Part shown: positions 25,793-36,100 of the stretch, piece after piece
How positions within the stretch are numbered: position 1 is the first letter of the stretch
Layout of the letters: each line of letters opens with the position of its first letter
Origin: Flavobacteriales bacterium
Lineage (GTDB): Bacteria; Bacteroidota; Bacteroidia; Palsa-965
Reading direction: 5' to 3'
NCBI GenBank assembly: GCA_040377305.1
Contig: JBEIPA010000038.1
Coordinates: forward strand, 1 to 41,239
DNA length: 41,239 nucleotides
The notes under the pieces: model-generated
What the model was told of the DNA's origin: nothing
The model's input: the letters and a program-made list of their open reading frames with translations, nothing else
The model's database searches: none
Program-made: the position numbers and the translations under genes

Positions 25793-27484
25793 ATGCCCGC
25801 TATCACCCCTGAACGGAATCAGCTAAAGTATCTCTGGATTTTCACCGGCGTTTGGTTCCTCGTTAATATCATCCAGGCAGCGTTTACGGAACTTGCGCAC
25901 GATGAAGCGTACTACTGGATGTATGCGCGTAAGCTGGACTTCGGTTACTACGATCATCCACCCATGATCGCGATCATGATCAAAGTAGGTGGCTGGCTCT
26001 TCTCCGGCGAACTCGGAGTCCGTTTCTTCACTGTTCTGATGTCTGCACTGAGTATTCCTGTGTTGTGGTCCTTGTGTGACAAAAAAGATTTTAAGCTGTT
26101 TGCTTTCATTTTGCTTGCGTGGACTTCCTTTCAGGTGTATGGCTTCATCGCAGTTCCTGATTCGCCGCTCTTGTTTTTTACTGCGTTGTTCTTTCTGGTG
26201 TATCGGGAATACGAACGCAACGATGCGTGGAAGAACACAATACTCGTCGCACTTGTAATCGCACTTCTTCTGTACAGCAAGTACCATGGAATTCTCGTGA
26301 TTTTCTTTACTGTCCTCTCGAACCTCAGTTTGTTCAAACGAAAATCGTGTTACGCCATCATCGCACTGGTTACAGCGTTCTATTTTCCGCACATCTTGTG
26401 GCAAGTTCAGAACGACTATCCTTCTTATCAATATCACATTCTCAATAAATCTCAAACCGGATACGATCTCATAGACACGCTCGAATTCATTGCCTGCACA
26501 CTAGCTGTTGCCGGACCTTTGATCGCGGGTCTGCTTGTGTACGGATTCTTCAAATCGCGGGGTGGTGACAAAACAATGCGTGCTTTACGCTTCACCTTCA
26601 TTGGATTCGTTGCGTTTTTCTTTTTGTCCACGTTCAACTCGCGTATCGAAGCGAACTGGATGGCCGCAGCAACAATTCCATTGATGATTGTTGCACACGG
26701 CTACATTACACAAATAGAAAAGCTTCGAACATGGACGATACGCATGGCATTTGTTTCCATTCTGATTTTTTCATTCTTCCGGGTGAATCTGATGACCGAT
26801 ATTGTTCCCGCCACAGGAAGTAAAATCATGCCTGAGTTTTACGGATGGAAATCGTGGGCACAAACGCTGAAGGAGAATTCAGAAGGATGTCCGGTAGTTA
26901 TCATGAATTCTTACCAACGCGCATCGAAATATTCATTCTACACGAATACGGAAGCATTGTCGCTGAACAACATTGCATACCGACGCAACCAGTACGACAT
27001 CTGGGACATAGTGGATGGAATGGAAGGCAAGCGGATTGCGTTGTACCGCAATTGGAATCCATCGCTAGATTCCCTGAAGCAGATGGAAACAACTCACGGA
27101 AAAGTTACAGTGATGTTTATTGACCGTTTCCGTCCGTTCACGAAAGTGAATATCAAAATGGACAAAGACTGGTACACGTTTCCGCATTCGAGTGATGTAG
27201 AAATTCCGTTGCAGTTCTCAACCGGAGATTTGGAACCGCTGAACACAAAACCGGACTCGCTGTATCCGATTTCATTGGTATGCGCGCGATTTTATTATGC
27301 AGATTACGATACCGAGATTCCAATTCTTGAGTTGGATTCACTATACATTCCGGATGGTTGGAGTACCACTGCGAAATTCCGGACGCCCGATAAACCGGGT
27401 CCGTACTATTTGCGGTTCTGCATACGTGCAGGAAATTTGCCCCCGTACATCAACAGTAGGTTGGTGCGAATGGACGTTGAGTAG
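25793..27484 (+). CDS. GT-C membrane glycosyltransferase (GT39/PMT or ArnT-like) with a periplasmic C-terminal domain
   Basis: DEAYYW, GYYDHPP, PDSPL and SKY motifs; multiple TM helices; C-terminal Ig-like FRTPDKPGPYYLRF. Confidence 0.88.
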   Translation: MPAITPERNQLKYLWIFTGVWFLVNIIQAAFTELAHDEAYYWMYARKLDFGYYDHPPMIAIMIKVGGWLFSGELGVRFFTVLMSALSIPVLWSLCDKKDFKLFAFILLAWTSFQVYGFIAVPDSPLLFFTALFFLVYREYERNDAWKNTILVALVIALLLYSKYHGILVIFFTVLSNLSLFKRKSCYAIIALVTAFYFPHILWQVQNDYPSYQYHILNKSQTGYDLIDTLEFIACTLAVAGPLIAGLLVYGFFKSRGGDKTMRALRFTFIGFVAFFFLSTFNSRIEANWMAAATIPLMIVAHGYITQIEKLRTWTIRMAFVSILIFSFFRVNLMTDIVPATGSKIMPEFYGWKSWAQTLKENSEGCPVVIMNSYQRASKYSFYTNTEALSLNNIAYRRNQYDIWDIVDGMEGKRIALYRNWNPSLDSLKQMETTHGKVTVMFIDRFRPFTKVNIKMDKDWYTFPHSSDVEIPLQFSTGDLEPLNTKPDSLYPISLVCARFYYADYDTEIPILELDSLYIPDGWSTTAKFRTPDKPGPYYLRFCIRAGNLPPYINSRLVRMDVE

Positions 27485-28576
27485 TTACTTAAACACGAAC
27501 TCCACTCTACGATTCAAGGTCTTGTCAGCAACCGGTAATGGCTCCGCACTTCCATATCCGCCAAACGTAATTCTACTTTTATCAATGCCGGAAGAAATCA
27601 GATAATCTGCAACCGCTTTCGCCCTTGCTTTTGAAAGCTGAATATTGTGCGCTTCGTTGCCGGTAGAATCTGTGTAACCGCGAATCTCTACTTTCAATCC
27701 GGGTTTGCGTTTGAGTTCAGAGAGAATTTCGTGTAACTGGAAATACGATTCAGGTCGCAACGTTGCTTTGTCGAGGTCGAAGTTGATTCCCCGTGCAATG
27801 AACGTATTTCCAGCTTTGACTTCATTGGCCAGTGAAGTTGCTTTGCCCGGCAGGAGTATATCGGTTTCGGTTGGTTCAACAACAATGTCATCGGCATAGT
27901 AGTACGCAAACTCCACACGGGGTTGTGTAGTTGATCGGCGTACAACGGTTGTTGCAGAATCTTCGAAGAAATTTCCGACTGTAAAATATTTCTCGTTGCC
28001 CGTTGCAACGAAAACATTTTCAACGGTTGTCCATTCTTCCGGCTTGCCTTGCATGAGCGATGCGTCCAACCAAACCTGCGGTTGCCGTTGCAACGTAAAT
28101 TTTGTCGAGTCAGAAATTCTTGCATCAGAAAAGTAAACGCCGAGATCATTCACCAGGTAGGACCCGCGATCACCGGTACAGATTTTCATCCGGAAGACAT
28201 ACTTCTTTCCCTTCTGTAATGGCTGAGATAATTCACCGGTCAGATATTCACGATATTCTCTTCCCGGAACCCATTGAATGAATCCGGCAAAAGCATTTCC
28301 GCTCGCGGGGGCATGATCGCCGGCATACGGGGAAACATTTTTCCGACCGTCAGAATTACTCTGAAAGAAGAAATCGGAACTGCCTGTTGTTGTTTGCGAC
28401 CAACCGCGTACTCCAAACGATTTAAACATATCTCCGCCAAAAAGCCAATCCAGATCCGTTGCTTTTCCATACTCATCAAATCCGGGATTGATGACGAGAT
28501 TCTGACTCGCACACTGCAGACTGAATGCAACTGCCATTGCGACTGCTAACTGTTTTCCGACCGCGACCTGTTTCAT
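27485..28576 (-). CDS. OmpA-family peptidoglycan-binding protein with an N-terminal beta-sandwich (CBM-like) domain
   Basis: QNLVINPGFD N-terminus; FDLDKATL, GYTDSTG, LSKARAKAV and NRRVEF motifs. Confidence 0.92.
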   Translation of the reverse strand: MKQVAVGKQLAVAMAVAFSLQCASQNLVINPGFDEYGKATDLDWLFGGDMFKSFGVRGWSQTTTGSSDFFFQSNSDGRKNVSPYAGDHAPASGNAFAGFIQWVPGREYREYLTGELSQPLQKGKKYVFRMKICTGDRGSYLVNDLGVYFSDARISDSTKFTLQRQPQVWLDASLMQGKPEEWTTVENVFVATGNEKYFTVGNFFEDSATTVVRRSTTQPRVEFAYYYADDIVVEPTETDILLPGKATSLANEVKAGNTFIARGINFDLDKATLRPESYFQLHEILSELKRKPGLKVEIRGYTDSTGNEAHNIQLSKARAKAVADYLISSGIDKSRITFGGYGSAEPLPVADKTLNRRVEFVFK

Positions 28577-28669
28577 ACAAGTTCTTTAACGTCATAAGTC
28601 CGTAAATCCGTATAAGTCACAGTCAAAAGCACTTATTTTTCGCTCAATTAAACCGTATTTTTACCGCCG

Positions 28670-30148
28670 ATGAACAAAATTCTCGTTGCCAATCGTGGTG
28701 AGATTGCCCTGCGTGTAATGCGCTCTTGTAAAGAAATGGGAATCAAAACTGTTGCCGTTTTTTCTGAAGCCGATCGTAATGCTCCATTCGTAAGGTATGC
28801 GGATGAAGCAGTTTGTATTGGACCACCACCTTCGAATCAGTCGTACCTCAAAGGCGACAAGATTATTGAAGTTGCGAAACAACTTGGTGTGCAGGGTATT
28901 CATCCGGGTTACGGATTTCTTTCTGAGAACGCTGAGTTTGCTGCAGCAGTTGCAAAAGCAGGGATCACGTTCATTGGACCGTCTCCGCATGCAATGAATA
29001 TGATGGGCGATAAACTCTCTGCGAAAGCAGCTGCGAAGTCGTATAAAATTCCAATGGTTCCTGGTTCGGAAGGAGCAATTTCTGATGTTACCGAGGGAAA
29101 AAAGATTGCAAACGAAACCGGATTTCCATTGCTGATCAAAGCAAGCGCCGGTGGCGGTGGAAAAGGGATGCGCATTGTAGAGAAGATCGAAGAGTTTGAA
29201 GAGCAAATGAAACTCGCAGTGAGTGAAGCCACTTCTGCATTCGGCGACGGATCAGTATTCATTGAGAAATATGTTGCAGGACCACGCCATATCGAGATTC
29301 AGGTGATGGCTGATAATCACGGGAACATTTGCTACTTATTCGAGCGCGAGTGTTCCATTCAACGCCGTCACCAGAAAGTGATCGAAGAAGCTCCGTCATC
29401 TGTTTTGACTCCGGAGATTCGTGAAGCAATGGGGAAATGTGCGTGTGATGTTGCCCGTGCCTGCAATTACTCTGGAGCAGGAACCGTTGAGTTTCTCCTC
29501 GATGAGAATATGAAGTTCTATTTCCTGGAAATGAACACGCGCCTTCAGGTTGAACATCCTGTGACGGAAATGATCACCGGTGTTGATTTGGTGAAAGAAC
29601 AGATTCGCGTTGCCCGCGGTGAGAAACTTTCCTTTGCACAATCTGATCTCAAGATCAACGGGCACTCGGTTGAGGTTCGGGTGTATGCAGAAGATCCCAC
29701 GAACAACTTTCTTCCCGATATCGGCAAACTAGTCACTTACCGGCGTCCGCAAGGAACCGGAGTGCGTGTCGACGATGGAATGGAAGAAGGCATGGACATT
29801 CCCATTTATTACGATCCGATGATTGCCAAGCTCGTTACCTGGGGTGCAACCCGTGACGAAGCTATTGACCGAATGATACGTGCCATTGACGAGTACCATA
29901 TCAGTGGAGTTGAAACAACACTTTCTTTTTGTCGTTTCGCGCTGGAACACAAGGTATTTAGGTCGGGTGACTTCGATACTCACTTCATCAAGAAGTACTT
30001 CAAACCTGAGATGCTGAAGTCTGCGCGAAAAGAGGAAGAAGAGATCGCTGCTTTGGTATCTGGATGGTGGCATGGAACCCAGAAAAAGGGGAAAAAGGTC
30101 ATGAATCAAGCCGTGGGATTTAGTGCCTGGAAGATTAACCGTAGCTAG
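28670..30148 (+). CDS. accC: biotin carboxylase subunit of acetyl/propionyl-CoA carboxylase
   Basis: ANRGEIA, HPGYGFLSE, GGGGKGMR, RECSIQRRHQK, EMNTRLQVEH and YDPMIAKL motifs. Confidence 0.95.
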   Translation: MNKILVANRGEIALRVMRSCKEMGIKTVAVFSEADRNAPFVRYADEAVCIGPPPSNQSYLKGDKIIEVAKQLGVQGIHPGYGFLSENAEFAAAVAKAGITFIGPSPHAMNMMGDKLSAKAAAKSYKIPMVPGSEGAISDVTEGKKIANETGFPLLIKASAGGGGKGMRIVEKIEEFEEQMKLAVSEATSAFGDGSVFIEKYVAGPRHIEIQVMADNHGNICYLFERECSIQRRHQKVIEEAPSSVLTPEIREAMGKCACDVARACNYSGAGTVEFLLDENMKFYFLEMNTRLQVEHPVTEMITGVDLVKEQIRVARGEKLSFAQSDLKINGHSVEVRVYAEDPTNNFLPDIGKLVTYRRPQGTGVRVDDGMEEGMDIPIYYDPMIAKLVTWGATRDEAIDRMIRAIDEYHISGVETTLSFCRFALEHKVFRSGDFDTHFIKKYFKPEMLKSARKEEEEIAALVSGWWHGTQKKGKKVMNQAVGFSAWKINRS

Positions 30149-30152
30149 ACCC

Positions 30153-30185
30153 AAACCTTAAAGGTTTTTAAAACCTTTAAGGTTT
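30153..30185. repeat. 33-bp perfect nested palindrome (REP-like)
   Basis: AAACCTTAAAGGTTTT-T-AAAACCTTTAAGGTTT; each half is itself a near-palindrome. Confidence 0.85.
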
Positions 30186-30312
30186 ATGCGCGCGCACGGG
30201 AACTGTTAAATTCTCCGAATTCGGGTTACTTCCCTAACTTGTTCGTAACAAACATGGTATCCAAAGCGTTATGCTTGTACATTGGCATGTGGTTTGGATT
30301 AACCATAGTATT

Positions 30313-30927
30313 ATGAAAAACGCCCTGTATATCCTCTTTTTCTGCATTCCGGTTGGGTTATTTGCCCAGACTACCGATGATCTGCACGTTGGAGACGTTT
30401 CAGAGTATCCGCAAGGAATGGTGAAGTACGAAATTGATGAGAACGGCGATACTATGCCGCACATCACGCACTACACCTGTGTAATTGTTGCCGATAAGGT
30501 TTTCAAAAACCAGCGCGAGAAAGTGAAGTGGGACAAATTGAAGCGTGACGTTAAAGCTGCTTATCCGTACGCAGTTCTTGCTCGCATGAAACTTGCTGAG
30601 ATGGATTCTCAACTCGTTTACATCAAAGGCGAGAAAGAGCGTAAAGCATATAACGAGAAGTGTGAAAAGGAACTGACCGATCAGTTTGAATCTGATATGC
30701 GCAGCCTGACTGCAACTCAAGGCCGAATTCTTTTCAAACTCATCGATCGTGAGACCGGGTCTACAACTTACCAGCTCATCAAAGAACGTCGCGGATCTTT
30801 CTCAGCGTTCATGTGGCAAAGTGTTGCATTCGTTTTCGGTAACAACCTGAAAGGCGAATACGATCCTACAGGTGAAGACAAAGGCATCGAAGACTGTGTG
30901 AAGCTCATCGAGCTGGGGGTTCTCTAA
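30313..30927 (+). CDS. DUF4294-family exported protein
   Basis: Likely start ATG 30313; VKAAYPYA, LTATQGRILFKLIDRETG and FGNNLKGEYDP motifs. Confidence 0.8.
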   Translation: MKNALYILFFCIPVGLFAQTTDDLHVGDVSEYPQGMVKYEIDENGDTMPHITHYTCVIVADKVFKNQREKVKWDKLKRDVKAAYPYAVLARMKLAEMDSQLVYIKGEKERKAYNEKCEKELTDQFESDMRSLTATQGRILFKLIDRETGSTTYQLIKERRGSFSAFMWQSVAFVFGNNLKGEYDPTGEDKGIEDCVKLIELGVL

Positions 30928-31035
30928 ACAGCGCGAATGGATAATTCCATTACTGAATTCAATTTCTTTATTGGTTACGAATCGCAAAACGTGCTCTTGT
31001 AGTTCCTGGTAATTCACCTGCAAGATTTTCAGGAA

Positions 31036-31545
31036 CTATTTTTTCAGCCGACCACCGGTGAAATAGTACCTCCGATAATAGTCTTCGTTCAACGAGCTAA
31101 CGGTAACTCCACTGTGCACAGAAGCATGTGCGAAGTATGAATCGCCGAGATAAACCCCAACGTGTGAGATTTGCCCTTTCCTGATTTTGAAGAACACCAG
31201 ATCACCTTCACGCAAGCTGTCTTTCGTAATCGTATCGACCTGCGTGTAGATGTTTGTGCAGCCACCCAACAAGCAGGTATCGTAGCACGATTTGTAAATT
31301 TCATTGGCAAAACCAGAACAGTCGACACCTTTTTGCGAATGACCAGCGTGCTGATAACGCGTCCCTTTCCATTCGTAAACCATTTCGAATAGTTTCACGG
31401 TGGTTGCTGAATCGGGATGTAAACCGAACTGCAGAAAATACTTCGTCATTGCAGCCTTAGTCGAAGTTGAGTCACTCTGAAGTGAATCCTGACTCCGAAG
31501 CTCTCCAATGAAAAAGAGAAAAAATATGACTATTACGAATCGCAT
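31036..31545 (-). CDS. NlpC/P60 (C40) peptidoglycan endopeptidase, Spr/MepS-like
   Basis: WKGTRY, GVDCSGF, GDLVFF, SHVGVY and FAHAS motifs; start overlaps the upstream stop (TAATG). Confidence 0.93.
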   Translation of the reverse strand: MRFVIVIFFLFFIGELRSQDSLQSDSTSTKAAMTKYFLQFGLHPDSATTVKLFEMVYEWKGTRYQHAGHSQKGVDCSGFANEIYKSCYDTCLLGGCTNIYTQVDTITKDSLREGDLVFFKIRKGQISHVGVYLGDSYFAHASVHSGVTVSSLNEDYYRRYYFTGGRLKK

Positions 31546-32129
31546 TATTTTTTCACGAACTCAATCCACAGCTCACGACCTTCACGTGGCTTAATCGAAT
31601 TTTCACAGGGTTTCATCTTTCGAATAGTAAAACGTTTGCCGAAGAGGTTTTGGTATTCTTCCACAGAACCAGGAAAAGGCGGACCTTCTGCATTCGGAAC
31701 ACTTGTGAAAAGGAGTCCTGCGAGAACGCCGTGTTCGCTTAGAATTTCAACCATTTTCTGCTCGTAGTTCGTGCGCAACTTTGGGTCGATTGCACAGAAA
31801 AAAGTTTGTTCGATGATGAGATCAAATTTTCCCGCTTCGAGCTTAAAGAAATCGCTCTGCAACAAATGATTTTTCGGAAAAGATGGAACACGTTCTGCAA
31901 ATCGTTTCAATGCTTCTGCTGCGTAATCGACAACGAATACGTTGGTGAAACCATGCTGGTGAAGATATTCTGCTTCGTACGCGTTGCCACAGCCCGGAAT
32001 AAGAATGCGAATCGATTTATCCGGAAGTTCATTCACAAATTGTACAATCGCAGGTGCCGGATAACCAATATCCCACTGTGTTTCATTGGAGAGCCAGCGT
32101 TCGTTCCAGAAAGTGTCGTTAAGTACCAT
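31545..32129 (-). CDS. TPMT-family class I SAM-dependent methyltransferase
   Basis: FWNERW...WDIG, ILIPGCGNAYE, EQTFFCAI and GPPF motifs. Confidence 0.92.
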   Translation of the reverse strand: MVLNDTFWNERWLSNETQWDIGYPAPAIVQFVNELPDKSIRILIPGCGNAYEAEYLHQHGFTNVFVVDYAAEALKRFAERVPSFPKNHLLQSDFFKLEAGKFDLIIEQTFFCAIDPKLRTNYEQKMVEILSEHGVLAGLLFTSVPNAEGPPFPGSVEEYQNLFGKRFTIRKMKPCENSIKPREGRELWIEFVKK

Positions 32130-32135
32130 TCGGCA

Positions 32136-32217
32136 ATGATAGGATTATTGGGTGATAGAACGATAGGATGGAAGGGCGATGAAATAAACTTCAGCCATCA
32201 AATCTTCCAATAATTCC
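32136..32217. repeat. degenerate octamer (GATAGGAT) inverted repeat in the methyltransferase leader
   Basis: atgatagg-attattgg-gtgataga-acgatagg units; GGATTATTGG (32142) pairs with CCAATAATTCC (32207-32217). Confidence 0.55.
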
Positions 32218-32305
32218 GTCGATCGTCGGGTGGAGCGGGGTGTTCAAAAAAGTCGAGCCGGCACCCTCGGTGGAACGGCATTTGCAATTAAACTTACATT
32301 CCACG

Positions 32306-33142
32306 ATGAACGACTATATTGAAGTTGAAGTAAACGTTAATCCGCGCCAACCCGGTTCGGATTTACTGGTGACTGAACTCGCGGAATTGGGCTTCGAAAG
32401 TTTTGCTGATTCCCAGACCGGATTTCAGGCATGGATACCGGCCGACGCGTTTCAGGAGTCTATGCTTTCGGTTGTAAATCAGCTCGATACAGAGCTGGGC
32501 AATGCAAAATATTCGTGGAAGCTGATTAAAGGTCAAAACTGGAATGCCGCTTGGGAATCAGGCTATCAACCAGTGAAAATCGGGCAGAAATTACTTATTC
32601 GTGCACCGTTTCATGAGGCTGATTCGTCAGTAGAAATGGAGCTGGTCATACAACCACAGCAGTCGTTTGGAACGGGACATCATCCGACGACGGCTTTAAT
32701 GGCTGAAAAGTTATTAACATCAAGCCTCACTGCGCGTTATATCATGGATCTCGGTTGCGGAACCGGGGTTCTTGCCATTCTTGCCACCAAACTTGGAGCA
32801 GGAAAAATTGAAGGTGTTGATATTGAAAAACCTGCTGTGGAAAATGCCATTGAAAATGCCCGTAACAATAGTGCCGATTCAATCGTCTTTACATTGGGCG
32901 ATGCTTCGGCCATGCAAGGAAAAATCTATGACATGATTCTCGCCAACATCAACAAGAATATTCTTAAGGCGACAATGAAACAGTTTGCTGCTTCGTTGAA
33001 TGAGGGTGGCGATTTGTTGCTGAGTGGTTTTTTTGTGACCGATGCAGATGAGTTGCGTGAAGCGGCTGCGGGATTTGAATTCGTTGAACTGAAAAATTCA
33101 GGAGAGTGGGCGATGCTTCATCTCCGAAGAAAATCGATATGA
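32306..33142 (+). CDS. prmA: ribosomal protein L11 methyltransferase
   Basis: Start ATG 32306. NWNAAWE, SFGTGHHPTT, DLGCGTGVLAI, LANIN and LLSGF motifs. Confidence 0.96.
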   Translation: MNDYIEVEVNVNPRQPGSDLLVTELAELGFESFADSQTGFQAWIPADAFQESMLSVVNQLDTELGNAKYSWKLIKGQNWNAAWESGYQPVKIGQKLLIRAPFHEADSSVEMELVIQPQQSFGTGHHPTTALMAEKLLTSSLTARYIMDLGCGTGVLAILATKLGAGKIEGVDIEKPAVENAIENARNNSADSIVFTLGDASAMQGKIYDMILANINKNILKATMKQFAASLNEGGDLLLSGFFVTDADELREAAAGFEFVELKNSGEWAMLHLRRKSI

Positions 33143-36100
33143 GTATGAGATTGAAAAACATCGTGTTGTTGCTGCTCGCGCTTTCTCCCGTGCTAAGCCT
33201 GAAAATAGCTGCGCAGACTATGCCTAAATCTTTCACGGAAGATAACGTGAAGTTTATTGAGGAAATGCGCGACTTTTTCGAGAGCAACGATCAGAAAAAG
33301 GGAAAAGAATACATCGACGAGTTCAACGAACAATACTGGATCACCGGAAAGATCACTGCCGAAATGAAAGCGGCGATCTACAAAAATACCAATGCAATGG
33401 CGAAGAAAAAATTCAAACCTTCGCCGGAGTACTACGCATACTTCAACACGATTAAGACGGTTGTTGACAAAGGCATTCCCATGACCACGTTCAATGAGTG
33501 GCAAGCGTGTTTCACCAGCTCATCGGAAAACCGGAATCAAAAACCATTCTCTGATTTCATCATGATGAGTGAAGGTTTGTTTCGCGATAATACATTCTAC
33601 GATGAGCCTTCCGGTAAATGGCAGGCGATCGGTGGTTCGTGGAAATTCCAGTGCGACACTGTTCCGAAAATTATCTTCACCGGAATCACGCTCAAAGGCA
33701 CAGGGAAAAACGACAGTACGATGATCTACGGAACTACGGGGACATTCAACGTTGCTCGTCAGACCTGGGTTGGAAAAGGCGGAAAGGTCGATTGGACCCG
33801 CGCTGGAATGAGCAAAACCGATGTGTATGCTGAGTTGAAGAATTACAACATTACACTGAAGAGTATGAGTTATGTTGCAGATACGGTTACGTTCTACAAC
33901 AAAATCTACTTCAAAGACAAGCCACTCATCGGAAAGCTCACGGAGCGATTGACTCCCGACGTACAAGCGAAGTTTGCACAGTATCCGAAGTTCGAATCGT
34001 ATTCAAGTCGTTACCAGATCAAGTCCATGTATCCGAACGTTGACTACGAAGGTGGATTTACACAAGTCGGTTCCAAGTTCATTGGTTCCGGTTCGAAAGA
34101 AGCTCCTGCGTTTTTTATGTTCAAACGAAACGGAAAAAACTTCCTGTATGCGGCATCGCTGAGTTTTGCAATTACAGATGGCAAAGTGACTAGTCCGAAT
34201 ACCACCATCAAGTTTTTCCTCGACGCCGATTCCATTTTTCACCCGCTTGTCGATTTCAAATACTTCGTCGACAGTTCCCGCGTAATCATTTATCGGTCGA
34301 ATGACGGTGCATCACAAGCGCCATTCACAAATTCATTCCACGAAGTGGACATGCTGGTTGAGCAGATTGTGTGGAATACAGAAACTCCGATTATTACAAT
34401 GGGTACCTTGCCCGGCACAACCCAAGGTGAAGCTCAATTCCCATCGGCAGACTACTATCGCCAGTATCTCTACGATCGCATGCAGGGAATGGAAATGGTT
34501 CACCCGCTTATCAAAATTCGAAATTTTGTCTATCAGGTAAATGATAGCGTCAGAACATTCCCTTTGGTTGATCTCGCACGCTACTGGAAATTGCCGATTG
34601 AGCAATTGCGTCCAACGATCATGAACTTGTCGAATGAAGGCTTTTTGATTTACGATCCGGTGACCGACATGGTGACTTACAAGGAAAAATCGAACACTTA
34701 CATTGCCGCAAGAGCAGGGAAGAAGGATTACGATAACCTACTTTTCCAATCAAAAGTTCAACCGGGCAGCTCGAATGCACAATTGAATCTTCTCAATTAT
34801 GATTTGACGATTTTTGGAGTTGAAGAAATTGGCTTGTCGGATTCTCAGAATGTTGTTGTGTTTCCGGCGGGCGATAAAGTAATTCTGAAGAAGAACCGTA
34901 CGTTCACATTCGAAGGTTCAGTTATGGCGGGACGATTCGATTACTATGGAAAGCTTTTCACCTTCAATTACGAAACATTCCAGATCCAGCTTAACAACGT
35001 TGACTCCGTTCGAATTTGGGTAGACACGCCGGAAAGAGATCCACGCGATCCGAAAGGAGGTTTCAAGCAGGTGAAAGTGCGAAGTGTAATTGAAAACCTG
35101 AATGGAACATTGGCCGTCGATCATCCATCCAATAAATCGGGAGTATGGTCTCAACCAAAACCGAACTGCCCGAAATGTCCGAGCTTTCCGAATTATCCGA
35201 TTTTCCGAAGTGCCAAACCTTCGTATGTGTACTACGATCGTCCGAGCATTCACAAAGGCGTGTACAACCGCGACAAGTTCTACTTCAAGCTCGATACATT
35301 CACGATCGACTCGCTGGATAACTTCACGAACAAATCGCTTCACTTCACGGGCACGTTTGAGTCGGCAGGAATATTCCCTACGATTCGTGATACGTTAGCG
35401 CTTCAACCGGATTACTCACTCGGTTTTGTTCGTCAGTCTCCTCCCGGTGGATATCCACTGTACGGAGGTAAAGCGAAGTTCACCAACACGATGTCTCTTT
35501 CAAACAAAGGTTTGCATGGAGATGGTGTGATCGATTACATCACGTCTACATCACGTTCGAAAGACTTTACGTTCTTCCCGGATTCAGCGAATGGATTGGC
35601 AGAATCGTTTGTAGTTCGTGAACAAAATATCAAAGGCAAAACCGAATACCCGGATGTAACTGGGTCGAAAATTTACATCCACTGGATGCCGAAGAAGGAT
35701 TACATGCTCGCTACGAACAAAGATTCTGCATTCACATCATACAACGGCGAGGCAAAAGTAAACGGCACATTGACGCTCGGACCGAAGAGCCTGGCAGCAA
35801 ACGGAAAAATGGATTTCAACAAATCGGAAATGTTCTCGAAGAACATGGTAATGAAGCATCATACGGTTGATGCGGATACGGTTGACTTTAACCTGAAATC
35901 TGCTGATCTGGCAAGCATGGCATTCTCCACGAAGAACTTCAAAGCGCATATTGACTTTGAAAAACGGGAAGGCGATTTCAAAGCAAATGGAAAAGGGTCT
36001 GTCGTTCAGTTCCCGGTGAATCAGTACATCTGCTACATGGAAAACTTTAAGTGGTTCATGGATAAGAGCCAACTTGAATTGAGTGGCAACAAACCAACTG

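Noticed and set aside
28594-28618. ATAAGTC direct repeat between the divergent ompA-like and accC genes
   Set aside because: Only 7 bp in two copies; too short to distinguish from chance without comparative data.
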